The notes beneath the pieces were generated by a model, which saw only the letters and a list, made by a program, of their open reading frames with translations, was not told the origin of the DNA and searched no databases. A program made the position numbers and the translations under genes. From Rebecca billardiae RCC1528 (taxonomy: Eukaryota > Protista > Haptophyta), in NCBI GenBank assembly GCA_965240325.2, contig OZ251226.1:1798001-1862000 (forward strand): a stretch of 64,000 bases of DNA. The letters are read 5' to 3'. Each line of letters starts with the position of its first letter. Position 1 is the stretch's first letter. This document shows, in pieces, positions 11,380 through 22,866 of the stretch.

Positions 11380-12157
11380 CAGGGGTCTCAACAATTAGCT
11401 GTATCTCTGTTTGTGCCGCTGGACAGGCATGTGTGCACTTGATTGCCTGGCTAGATGTGGTCTAGCACAGCCCACTCCCTGGCCATTCTGACGAGTGGGT
11501 GGCTGCTTGGCCAGCTCTCCATGCTGGGCTGTGGTGCCATCCAGAGTGCGCATGTGCAGCAGCCCAGGTGGGTGCAGCGAGGGGTGCGGCAGGCAGCAGT
11601 GGGTGGTCAGCTTGAAAATCCATGCAGGCCAGCCACCAGCAGCTAGGCTGCAGAGCTCTTGGCTGCACCAGCCCCACTCTAGCCCCCTCAAGTCGGGTGG
11701 CTGGCCACCCTCTGGGTGTGTCAGCGGGTGCTGCTGCTGGCCTCCCAGTGCAGGGGAGCTGACCCGACAGGTCCTTGCGCAGGTGGGGGTGCGGGATTGG
11801 GCACTGTGCCACAGCAGCTGCATCCCATGAGCTCCCCCCCAGGTGGCATGCAGCCCTCCCTAGGGGGTACCAGATCCACTGCCAAGCACAATTTAGGCCT
11901 GGTCTGTGTGGGCACACGGCCCGCGACCAGTGACGACAAGCCTGCGGCAGGATCTGGCCAGCTGCGACAGGCTGTACGCCTGCAGCAGTGTGACCTGCTG
12001 GTGTGCCCAACTCCAGCCCACGCGCGCTGGGGCTGACGCGCTGGGTCGAAACCGTCGTGCACGGGCCGTGGGGGCCGCCTGGATCAGCCCAGAGGGGCAG
12101 GGTGAGCAGTGGCATGCAGCTCAGTCAGAATGTGACGATTAATTGTTGAGACCCCTG
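11380..12157. mobile_element. Tc1/mariner-type MITE (778 bp)
   Basis: Perfect 18-bp TIR CAGGGGTCTCAACAATTA / TAATTGTTGAGACCCCTG. TA target duplication at 11378-79 and 12158-59. No transposase recognised. Confidence 0.9.
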
Positions 12158-13134
12158 TACATCGGACCGCACTACTGAGTAGCTACTGTACGGGCAACGG
12201 CGCTCGAGCTCTTCGGACTGAGAGTGAGTCTAACTGGAATCGAGCCAAGTAAGCCTGAGTAGCTTGGATGATGACGTGTGTACGGTCTCCATCGGGGTCG
12301 CATACTGTCGGCACCTGCCGGCCGGACGACGGGGCGGGGAGAGTTGCCCGCTCTCAAGTCTCAGCACCGAATGGCACCGATGCCACTTGGCAGTGACTCA
12401 CTCGGTGACTCGGTCTCGCCGACTCACTCGGATGCGCGCATGACGTATGTATACTTAGTTTCGTAACAAGCTGCTACGGATCCATCACTCATCGTCAGAC
12501 TACATCACTCATCATCTAATAAGTGTCCGAGTGACCGCGACACGGGTCGGCGAACTCTCATATATAATGACTAATCATTCACGCGACCGTACGCCGAGGC
12601 AGCAAGTAATTCGCCGGCGGCGCCACGATGACTCCCGTGCTGATGAACTCCATACCGCGTCCCGTGACCGTACCGGGTCTACGGATTACGGAGTACGGTC
12701 CGCCGCCGCTATAATTATTCCCGCGCCAACGTTATGAGTGGCGGGCAGCTGCGGCGCCTACTCGGCCTCACTCAGTGGGCTCAAATTGGCAGCCACTCTG
12801 AGTGCCCGCGGCGGCCCGCGGCGCGGGGGCGCCCGAGCCGGAGAGGAGTTACGCGCAGTGGCACCGCGTCTAAGTCACACACTCGTCACACGGTAGCTTG
12901 TCGAATATGTCCCGGCGGAGCGTCGGACCGCCACTCACGCACCCACGGGGCGGCTGACGGTCGGGCACAGTCGCAGACGGCCGCCACCATGGCGGCGGTC
13001 CGCTCGTCATCCATCCGAGCCGCCGCTTCACGCGGTCGTGACACTGCGAACTCCGACTCGGCGGGTCAAAGGCAGCCACGGCACTGGGCAGACGGCTGTG
13101 CAGCGCGTGGTAAGCGCCCGGCGCGGGCACTCGG

Positions 13135-13731
13135 TCACCGCGTATGTGGGGAGCCTGGTTTTGGACTGCTGCTGAGAGTGAGAGTAGGAGCGAGATGTGC
13201 AGGTTCAGACGATACCAGTCGAACAGAGAGCCCATTGTGCTCAGCGGCTGCCGCAAACAGCTCGTTGACAGCGAGGAGAAGGTGTGCAATCTCCAGTGCC
13301 TGGTGTCGTGCTATGAGCGCGAGCACAGCATCTGATGGCGACGAGACTCGAGGAGCATCGCGGTGACGAGCACCAGGCCGCCGCGCTTCTGTGAAAGCAG
13401 GCCCCGCGTAGCCCGAGGCCAGCCTGGCGGCGTATGCCAGGCGGAACTCGAGCCGTTCGATCGCCAATGCCTGCCGATGCACCAGAAAAGACCACGCGAG
13501 CCCCCCATCGTGCGGAAGTCTCCCGCGCGATGGAGGACTTGTGTGGTCCCCCATCCCTCGCCGCAACAGTCGGCGAGCATCGTGCACGCGCATCCGGCCG
13601 TTCTCCCTAAAGGAGACATCGTTGGACGGACTTGTGATGACGGAGGTGTTTATGCGCTTGATGAGCTCGTGGAAGACGTGGAGCACGGCGGCGCTCGGCA
13701 CGCCGCCGGCGAGCCGCGCGTCGACGAGCAT
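13135..13731 (-). CDS. Hypothetical protein, probably spliced
   Basis: ATG ORF with protein-like helical blocks (VLHVFHELIKRIN, ALAIERLEFRLAYAARL, ALEIAHLLLAVNELF). The last two follow CAG acceptors. Head-to-head with THUMPD1. Confidence 0.35.
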   Translation of the reverse strand: MLVDARLAGGVPSAAVLHVFHELIKRINTSVITSPSNDVSFRENGRMRVHDARRLLRRGMGDHTSPPSRGRLPHDGGLAWSFLVHRQALAIERLEFRLAYAARLASGYAGPAFTEARRPGARHRDAPRVSSPSDAVLALIARHQALEIAHLLLAVNELFAAAAEHNGLSVRLVSSEPAHLAPTLTLSSSPKPGSPHTR

Positions 13732-14013
13732 CGGCCGACGATTCTTCGGCGCCCCGCGGAGGCTTCAGACTGCACACAGGAACGACTGCGGCGGAGACGT
13801 GGAAATCGAGCAGCCCCGACCAACCGGCTGTTCGAACCCGGTCGTGCTATTGGCCGACGCTGTAGAAACAGAAAAAGGCGGGGATATTCTGCATCGTCGG
13901 AATGGGTAAGAACCATTGAGCCATCTTGCGAATCGTGTTCGAATGTGCCCACGGAAAAGCGTAACGAACTTCTTGGCGCGCGCCATCAAGGTCGCGACGT
14001 GGATACTGTAAGC

Positions 14014-15099
14014 ATGGCGGACTCGAAGCGCAAGCGGAAGAGCTGGCGTCCGCAGGGGCGCAAGCGGCCATCCCCGGAGTCGGACCTGCAGCTGGGCATG
14101 CGCGGTGTGCTCATCACGTGCGACACCCTCGCCGAGAGGAAGGCCATCCGCGAGGCGTTCTCGGCCCTTGGCGCGGCGTGGGAGGCACTTCTTGACAGCA
14201 GCGGTGCGCCTGCGCGCCGTGCCTAGCCCGGCGTGGAACGCGTCGCGTGCACGACGCCCGAGCGCGACTCACCGCCTCGTGGTGTACCCTTCCCGCAGAC
14301 AATGTGGTGGCGCCCCCGCCCGCCATTTCCGACCCCGCTGCCGACATCGCGCGTGAAGCTGCGGAGCTCGCGGAAGGGCGGCGCTTCTTTGTGGCCCAGT
14401 GCGCGCCGCGCGTCAGCCCGCGCGCGCACGCGCGCGCCGGCACGTGCTGACGCGTGCCGCGCGCATGCTCGCTGCTCGCACAGAACGGACGTTGCCGGCG
14501 TCGTGTTCGTGCGCGTCCCCAGCGAGATGCGCACCGCCGCGTCGCCCGACCTGCTCTCGCTCGTGAACAGCGTGTACGCGTCGACCATGTCTGGCGGGGA
14601 GCTGCTCACACGCTACATCTCGAGGCTCCTGCCGTGCCAGGAGGTCTGCCGGGCGGAGGCGGGGAGGATGGCCGCGTCCGTGGAGGAGGCCGTGCGCGCG
14701 CACTGCGCCGCCCGGGGCACGCCGCCTGCGACCTTCGCCATCCACTTCAAGCAGCGGCACAATGGCAACCTCGATCGGGACGCGGTGATCGCCGCCCTCG
14801 CTCAGGCGGTGAGCCGGGTCGTGCCCAAAGCCAAGGTGGACCTCGACGATCCGGAGCTGTGCGTGGCGGTGCAGGTGGTGCGCGCCATGTGCTGCGTGTG
14901 CGTCGTCGACCGATGGAAGGCCTTCCACAAGTACTCGGTGCGTGGGCTCCGTGAGCATCTCGCAGCAGCGGCCGAGGCTGCCCCTGCAAGCGCCGCCGCC
15001 GTCGCCGCCCAGGCTGCCGCACCGGGCGCGGCAGCGGGGGCCGCGCCGCTGTCACATCCTGATGAGCGCGCAGTCTCATCAGCGCCTGCCGGCGCCTAA
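14014..15099 (+). CDS. THUMPD1: THUMP domain protein THUMPD1/Tan1 (tRNA ac4C adaptor); 2 introns
   Basis: GMRGVLITCD..ERKAIREA; TRYISRLLP; TFAIHFKQRHNGNLDRD; KVDLDDPELCVAVQVV; FHKYSV. Introns at ~14204-14298 and ~14399-14483. Confidence 0.88.
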
Positions 15100-15792
15100 G
15101 TGCATCGATGAGTGATGTGGCTCACATGGGCTGTGCGCGCAGTGCACGCCGCAGCGACGCCTCGAGTCACGGGCCGCTGATCGGGCGACGGTCTGGCTCC
15201 AATTGCCCCGCTCACGCTGCCGCAAATGCCGGCCCAAGTGCGGGATCATCCGCGCCGACAGTCCGATGGCAACCGATGTCGATGACCCCAAATAATTCAG
15301 ACCCGATGACCGGCGGGTCCGCCCGGCCGCGATGGATCACGTACGGCGGCGCCGCCCGCCGCTGGAGTGAGTCTTGCGCGGCGCTGGCACCGCGGGCCCG
15401 GACCGCGCGGGTGATCCGCGTGCTGCCGCGGACCGTGAGACGGATATGATCCTAGCGGGCTAGCTAGTTCCTAGGCTGCGCCGTACGCGGCACGGACAGG
15501 GCATGCCCCGGGCATGATGGATAGGTATCCGGTTGATCCGCCAGGCTGTAGGCCTCAGCGCCACGCCGCGCCAAGTCGCGCGTACTCGACACTCGTGTGA
15601 GTCGTCGTCTGGAATCATCATTGCGCTGGGCGAAAACTGCCACATCAAAATAAATCGCGCGTCGTCGTCGACTATACGAATTCTATTAAAGACATCGTCG
15701 TCGTCGCCCAGGCGAAATGATATATGCCGATGAATAAATTCCCGAGCAGGCTTTGCGCGGCCTGCATCGGGCTGGCTTCCGACCGAGGCAGT

Positions 15793-16290
15793 ATGGCGCC
15801 TGCTCGCAAGCCCACCAGCGTGGCGCAAGCCATTCATGCTCGACGGGCCGCAGAGAAGCGCCGCCCGTCCATCATCCGTTGGCGACTGGTCACGAGCGCG
15901 TGCATCGTCTGTGCTCTGGCCGCAATGATCTATCGTTGGCTGCCTCGGCAAGTTTGCCCCGAAGAAGGAGAGATGGTCGGCCCGTGCCGACGCGGTGAGC
16001 GCCTCCCGTACATCGTTGACCTCGATGTCGAATGTTTCGGAGATGCGTGGACTCAGCATCGCGATACCGTTGCACAACGTGTCGGTGCCGACGACGGTAA
16101 GCAGCTTCCGCTGTGGCTTACGCCCCAGAACGCGAAGCTTCTCAAGGCAAACGCATGCGTCACTCAGATCAAGCGCGACTTCGAGTGCTCGCTGTGCTCG
16201 CAGCTGAATATGACGGCGACAGAGCCCGCCAGCGACAGTGCTGCAGGCGTGAGCGACGGCACGGCATCTGCAGAGGCTGCAGCTGCATAG
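15793..16290 (+). CDS. Small type II membrane protein with a peptidase inhibitor I9-like domain
   Basis: Basic N-terminus and TM (LVTSACIVCALAAMIY), then YIVDL...LWLTPQNAKLLKANACVTQIKRD, resembling the subtilisin propeptide pattern YIV...LT...L...V..IE.D. Confidence 0.5.
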   Translation: MAPARKPTSVAQAIHARRAAEKRRPSIIRWRLVTSACIVCALAAMIYRWLPRQVCPEEGEMVGPCRRGERLPYIVDLDVECFGDAWTQHRDTVAQRVGADDGKQLPLWLTPQNAKLLKANACVTQIKRDFECSLCSQLNMTATEPASDSAAGVSDGTASAEAAAA

Positions 16291-16503
16291 GCCACGGTGA
16301 TGCTGCAACGTGCAAGTCGTCAGGCAGACAACTCCCGTGCTTGGCACGCACCCGGAGTGCAGCCCCGGGTTGGACCGTGCGATCTTCGGAATGATCAGCA
16401 GTCGCGTCGTTAATAATCTCAATGTGATCTGGCGCGCGTCATTGGCGCTCCCAGTACCCGCTGTTCCGCGGGGCCTCAGTAGGGCGGAGTGAATTTTATA
16501 ATC

Positions 16504-16506
<3 letters not shown>

Positions 16507-16573
<67 letters not shown>
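16507..16573. repeat. (TA)n microsatellite
   Basis: Direct observation. Confidence 0.97.
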
Positions 16574-16576
<3 letters not shown>

Positions 16577-16778
16577 ATCGATGTCACTCATCTACTTGAG
16601 CCACTACTTCGTCAGCAGTCTATATTCGAATATACGACGACTATAATACTGACAGTATCGCTCATCATAAGATAAGCAGCCGTAAGTGACTTCCGCCGCC
16701 GCTGTGCTGCGGTACCAGCAGTGTCTATATTGCCACAGCGTAGTCGTAAGTCGGCACTCTGGTGCGTCGGACTCGCCA

Positions 16779-16892
16779 GTCTCGATCGTCACTCGACGGC
16801 AGCGCGTCGCGGGCGTGGTGCCGGTTACGGCACTCGTCTCGATCGTCACTCGACGGCAACGCGTCGCGGGCGTGGTGCCGGTTACGGCACTC
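16779..16892. repeat. 57-bp tandem duplication
   Basis: 16779-16835 and 16836-16892 differ by one base. Confidence 0.9.
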
Positions 16893-17230
16893 GGCAGGCT
16901 GAGGCTGCTCCGATGTCTGGCGCGGTCCGCGCCGTGATGACCTGATCTGAATCTGTCTTATTCGTCGTAGCAGTCCACTAGTCATCATGGCCGCCGCTGG
17001 ACGCCGCGGACAGTGGCCGCGACCGCTCAGCCTCACGGACACGGTCACGGGCTCCGGGAGTGCGGGTCCCGGGCCCGCCATGCGCCAATCAGCAACTGTC
17101 ATTACACTCGTCACCTAAATAAATAATAATATATAAGGGCAATAACTGATAATGCCGATGTGAACTATCAGTAGGGCTGACGGGCCCCGGGAGTGGGTCC
17201 GGCCCGATCTGCGCAATGTCACACTTGTCA

Positions 17231-19753
17231 TCACCAATAACTGTAACTATCGTCAGTAGGGGCTGTAGGGCTGACGGGCTGTGTCGCGTGAGTTACACGG
17301 CAGCCTGGTGGGGGGACGACGGGCACGACGCGCAGCAGCCCCTTTTCCGCGACATCCCCCAGATGGGCCCACAGACTCTCGCCAGTGAGCGCGTCCACGA
17401 CCACACGCTCGCCGCACTTGATGAGCACGGGATGATCACAATGATCTGGACCAAAGTCTGGGCGCCCCCACCCATCCGGAGCGCGGTGGGGCGGCCACAA
17501 GCGCCCGCCGCTGCTGAAGGCGGTGAAGTAGCCGCATGCGACGTACTCGGACTCATCTCCGGCCCCAGGCGCGTGCGGGTAGCTGATGACCTTCACACAC
17601 GGCAGCAGCCCGCTCGACCACATGCTTTCCTCGCCGAGCAGGATGGTCTGCAGCCGGGGGCAGTGCACGGGCCCCACGTAGGTGCCCTTTCCGAGGGACG
17701 TGCAGTCGAGCAGCTCGAGTGACGGCGAGCGAATCGTCACGGGCTCGTCGGATTCGAAGCTCAGCTCGAGCGTGCGCAGCCGCGGCAGGTGCGGGAGTGA
17801 CTCCTCCAGCAGTGACACGATCTCAAAGCTCACACGGTCTGCGATCGGGCTTTTAGCCTTCCATACGGCCCCCCTGCAGTTGGTGATGCGCAGCCGGTGC
17901 AGCTGCTGCAGCGTGCTCAGCGCGTGCACGGCCTGGGCGTCCGCGGCGAACACTTCCATGCCCGCGACGCCGCAGATGTCGAGCTCGCACAGCACGGGAG
18001 CGCGGCTTGCGAGATCCGCGAGCAAGCTGGGCGGGCGGGCGCACAGCGTGAGCATGCGCACCGCGTGCGGCCCACACAGCCGTGCGAACCGGCTCGCAGC
18101 CGCCACGGCAGGCGGCATGCCTGGCTCCGGCAGGTCGATGTAACCGCGCATGCACCCCCGTCGGATATCGCTCACCCCATCGAGGCACACCGGCTCCGCC
18201 CAGCTGCTCATCCCCACGGCGGCGCTCGCGCGCCCGCAGATCTGCAGCTGCGGTGCCCCGTGCAGCACGAGCTCTGCGCGCCGCAGACCGCCCAGCTCGC
18301 ACCGCTCGAGCAGCCAGCCGAGCAGCCCGGCCTCGGCCTTGCCGAAGCGGATGCGCAGGTGCTGGATGCGCGCGCGCACGCGGCCGAGGTGGAGCAGAAA
18401 GTGCAGACCGTCGGCCGAGTGCACGGCGAAGAAGTCGGCGATCGGCCACGCGCACGGCTGTAGGCCGGCACGCCGGAGCTGCGTGCACGCTCCGGTCGCG
18501 CGCACCGCGGCGGTGGGCGAGTCACACAGCGCGAGCACGAGCGCGAGCAGCTTGGTGCTCAGGCTGAGGAGCGTGGCACCGGCAGGCGGAGCCACCTCGG
18601 CAGCAGCCAACGCCGGCGCCTCCGCAGCGGCCGGCGGAGCCACCTCAGCAGTGGCCGGCGCGGCCGACTGCGCGGTGGCCGGCGCCGCCGCGGGCGCGGC
18701 CGCCTCGACGCTCCAGTGGCCGGAGCGCCAGCGGACGAGCTCGCCGTGCACGCGCACGGTGGCCCAACCGCCCGGCTGGTGCGCAGCCACAACGCGCGCG
18801 CGCACGCCGTTGAGCGCGCGCCGTTTAGCCCCGATGCCGCGCAGGACGACAGCGGCGCCATCTGACACCCTAGTGGGGCGCCCGCCCGCCGGCCGCTCGC
18901 GCGCGGCGCGCCGAGCGCGCAGCACCGTCGCGCGGGAGCTATCGCGAAGCCCGGCGGGCCGCGCGCCGCGCACGGCAGCGGTCGAAGGCGAAGCTGTGCT
19001 CGGCATAGCGCGAGCGAGATCAACGACGCGGTCGAGGTTGGTCGGTCTCTCGCGGTCTGCGAGCGAGCCACCAGGCACTGTACAGTACTGGGTAGAGGTG
19101 GCGTGCTCGCGCTCGTACTCCTCGAGCTCGTGCCGCGAGCGCGCCGCGAGCTGCTTCGCCTGCTTGTGCAGCTGCTCCTCGTGCGCCAGCCGCCGCTTCT
19201 CCAGCTCGCCGTAGTTGTCGAGGCACGAGTATTGCTCGAGCTCGAATCCCTCCAGGTCAGGCAGGATGGTGGCGATGAGCCGGTCGAAGTTGGCGTCGGG
19301 GCGGAGCGAGCGCCGCGTCGCCACGTGCCGCCTGCACGACGGGCACTCCTGCGCCGCGCGCGCGCCGGCGAGCGCAGGCGTGCGCGCCACGCGTGAGCGA
19401 GCCCGGCGCGCGGAGATCCGTGCGCGCTGGTGGCGCGCGCACCTTCTTGCCCTGGCGGAGGCACTTCTCGATGCAGTCATGGCAGAAGCGATGCAGGCAC
19501 TTCGTCGTCACGGCGTTCTTGAGGATTCTGTGCGCGGCGCCCGCTCGAGGCGCGCGTCAGCAGCGCGGCGTGGCGCGCTGTGCGCCTCGTGCCGCGCGCG
19601 CGTGCGCGTGCGCGCGCACCCGAGGCAGACGGGGCACGAGAGGTCGGCGGCGAGGCTGCTCACGGGGAGCGTGGTCTCGTCCTTCTCATCGCAGATGATC
19701 GGGTACGGCGCGTTGGCTCCCACGGGCACTTCGCCCGGCCCATGGCGGGCCAT
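17231..19753 (-). CDS. RING1/RNF2-like C3HC4 RING fused to SH3/KOW-like, F-box-like and LRR regions; introns 19528-19619 and 19349-19442
   Basis: Spliced N-terminus [66 protein letters not shown] follows the RING1A/B signature. The open frame continues to LLSLSTKLLALVLALC...ACTQLRR (F-box-like) and LxxLxL repeats. Confidence 0.75.
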
Positions 19754-19840
19754 CACCTTGATGAACAGCTCTCCTAATAAGCAAGGGGTCCGTTTAATTA
19801 AACCAACCAGCCGTCCAGATCCTGCGGACGATTTAACTAA

Positions 19841-21517
19841 ATTCCCCTATAACGGGCTCCGGGTGACGGAGACTGGCGGCCGAAGCCTCCAGCCCTACCC
19901 TGGCCATTTAAAAAACTGTGCCCTGGCGGGCGGGGGGGTCGGCGGGCCGTGCCAGTGCTGTCGCAATGTATCCTCTGCGGGTTCGCGTCTTTCCACATTC
20001 GCTCGTGGCCGTGGGTGACGGACAGTCGAGTGCAAGGACCAGTGACACGTGAAGTTGGCTCCCCGACGCGTACAAGTCTCAGTAGTCTGTACTCTTATGC
20101 GCATCAGCGAGGCCCACACCCACGAGGGAATGTGCAGCACGCGGGGCGGGGCGGGTAGCCCGTTACTCCGCGCGAGCGCGGGTACGCGATGTATGTGCCG
20201 CATCTCGACCGCGATGGCGTAATCGAGCGCCTCATTCGCCGCCGACGAAGCCGCCAGAGTAGATCGTGTGCATGTCCTCCTGCCGCCAGCCGAGAGCGGT
20301 CGTCGCGAGGATGCTTGTCGATGTCGGCTCCAGGCATGATGGGCTCGGCGCAGGTCGCGTTGACGTCGTACACGGCCACCACGCTGAGCACGAGCGCGTT
20401 GACGTTCGCGCGGTCGTCGCTCTTCGCATCTTCGACAGGTCTGGCGCTCGCGTGCTCGGCGGCACGAGGAGCTGTTGGTTGTGCGCGCGCGCGCGCACAG
20501 CGACAGCGTGTGCCACTCGCGATCGAGAGTGGGCAAGCGCTGCTCACGCGAGCACACGAATCGCAGCGCATCCGTCACCGGCGTGACGACTTCCGCCTCG
20601 TCCCGCAGCGCCTGCGCCATGGACGAGGCCATGGCGCGGCGATGTTGCATGCTCGACGTTTCATCTCTCTGCGGATGGCATCACGGGCTTGTCTGTGTCG
20701 CGCTGCGGCGAGGGTCGCCAACTCGCGATGACACGGTTGCTGCCACGGCGACAGACCCGGGAGGTGCGTCCGCTGCGCGTCGTACGCCGTTGGCGCTGCG
20801 CTTCCGTCGCATTGGTCACCGTCGACGCCATGCAGGCCGGACGTGGGCTTCGGCTGAGGGACCGGACCGCGAGCAATGACTGAGTCCGGTGCGCGGATTC
20901 CGGCGATCGAGTTCAGCAGGCCGCGCCAAATCTTGCGTCGCGTGCGATGGCGCTTCCCGCCCGCGAGACGCCTCGTGATGAGGGCCGTTTTGCACCGAGC
21001 CCGACGCGCGGCGGTGAATCGAGCGAGGCGGCCATCGTGCGCAGCGCTTGATGCTATGGCCGGTGCGAGCTTTCGACGTGCACGTCGGGCGAGGATCGCC
21101 CCAGGTCGCACGATCGTGTCGACGCGCCGAGCGTACCGCTCCAAACGCGTCGATTTAGCCCCCGTTCGACCTGCACGCGAGACGACGAGGGCAGCAAACG
21201 CGAATCGGGCGAAAATACGTCTCGGCAATCCTCGCGCGATGTCCGCGCCGGCGTTGGATTTGGCGCGCGCCGCCCACGCGCTCCGCGCCATGGCCGACCC
21301 ATTTTTCGGCCGAGCGTCCCCAGTGGGAGCTGCGAGGGCGCCCGGTAGTGAGCGAAGCGATTTTCTTTTCTTGGCGAGGCGATTTTATTTTTCTTTTTCT
21401 TTTTCTTATCTTTTTCCCGGGCACTACAAGGGGCGGACCTACGGCCCGCCATTCCCCTTTATAACGGGCTCCGGGTGATCAGACTGGCGGCCGAAGCCTC
21501 CAGCCCTACCCTGGCCA
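19841..21517. mobile_element. 1.7-kb segment bounded by ~66-bp direct repeats, containing decayed coding fragments
   Basis: 19841-19906 and 21451-21517 are near-identical (ATTCCCC..TATAACGGGCTCCGGGTGA..AGACTGGCGGCCGAAGCCTCCAGCCCTACCCTGGCCA). Confidence 0.55.
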
Positions 21518-22866
21518 GCCCCCAACCAACCACCACCCTCACCCCGCCCCCAACCAAGATTGTACCAGTACTTTATTCTAGTCTCCCGTAACGGTCGAGC
21601 ACCCTCTGCGAGGGGAGAGCGATCCGCCGGCCGTTACAGCAGGGCCATTATCATAGAAGGCTGTAGCATAATAGAAATGAAGCCGAGCTACTAAAGTAGC
21701 TACTGAGTACTGACCTAACTACAATAGCAGAGCAGAACCTACCCAGGCAGGCAGGTCCGCCAGCCGTCCGCGTAGCGCGGCGGGCAGGCCTGGGGTAGTG
21801 GGGTTTGACTGAAGCTAGCTAGGTGGCACGTGTCAGTCATCGTCACTACAAGTGCGTTCTGCACAGCAGGCTGGCAATCACGTGCAGCACCATCGCCGAC
21901 ACACACGTGATCCGTCTGCGCTGAGCGATCGAGGCACTGGCACAGACGACGGTTGCGGCAGCCACAGAGAACACGAGCACAATGAGCAGTAACGCGTGCG
22001 AGGAAGGGAGGTAATGTGCTCAACCCTTCCGCGTGCTAACACGCCATCCTTTCCGCGCAAGCAAAAGGCATGGGGGGATGCACAGAGAACACTCGAGCAA
22101 GATCAGCAGCAACGCGTGCATCAATGAAACGCTGCAATGTGCGCGTGTTGCGAATGCAATCAACCCTTTCCGTGCGGCGCGCACGTATAGCAAGCAACCG
22201 GCACGAGCACGGCGCACATGCGCGCAAGGGGCAAACCAGGGCGCTTCGTGCTTGCGAGCCTTCGGCGGGTGTACAGATAACGTACAATAATCGTACATTT
22301 TACTGAGAATAAAAGACGACGCACACAGCTCAGGCGAGATTGACGCCAATGATATCAAGCTGCCCATGAAGCCGTCACCGATGGTAGCGCCGTCGGAAGA
22401 TTCATTCAGCCGTCCGCGTGCGAGGCCTGGATGAGGGCAGCAGCAGCCTCGTGGCGGCGCGCCAGCGCCCGTCGTCCTCGCCCCACCCGCATCGTCGTCC
22501 ACAAAGTGTCGTCGTCCACAGCATCAATATGGTATCGACTACGTAACTCGTGTCGTCATGAAAACGACACGACATGCTCTTTTGGCTTTTTTGCTAGGCA
22601 CCAAGGCTGCTTGCTGCGCTCGCAGCTGAGCAGATTTGAGCACCCAGCTACACTCGAACACGTGTACCTTTGTATATTTACATATGGATGTAAACTCCGA
22701 TCAGTGCGCGAGATCAGAGGTGGCACTGTCCTATCGTTTCACTCACTGGGATGGATCACTCTTGGCCGCACATCGGGGCATCGTGCAGATGGCGCTGCTG
22801 GTTGGATTGTATCGACCCCGAGGGCACAGGTGCAAGCATCTCCGCTCGGCTCGCTGGAGGCCAGCT

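Noticed and set aside
15059-15082. CTGATGAG hairpin (hammerhead-core-like)
   Set aside because: No GAAA partner or helix arrangement; it lies within the THUMPD1 coding end.
15460-16587. 375-aa minus ORF and the YIYIYI ORFs at 57031-57455
   Set aside because: Read-through of TA microsatellites or antisense frames.
21739-22860. Short minus-strand ORFs downstream of the REC114-like gene
   Set aside because: No consistent spliced model or recognisable domain could be built.
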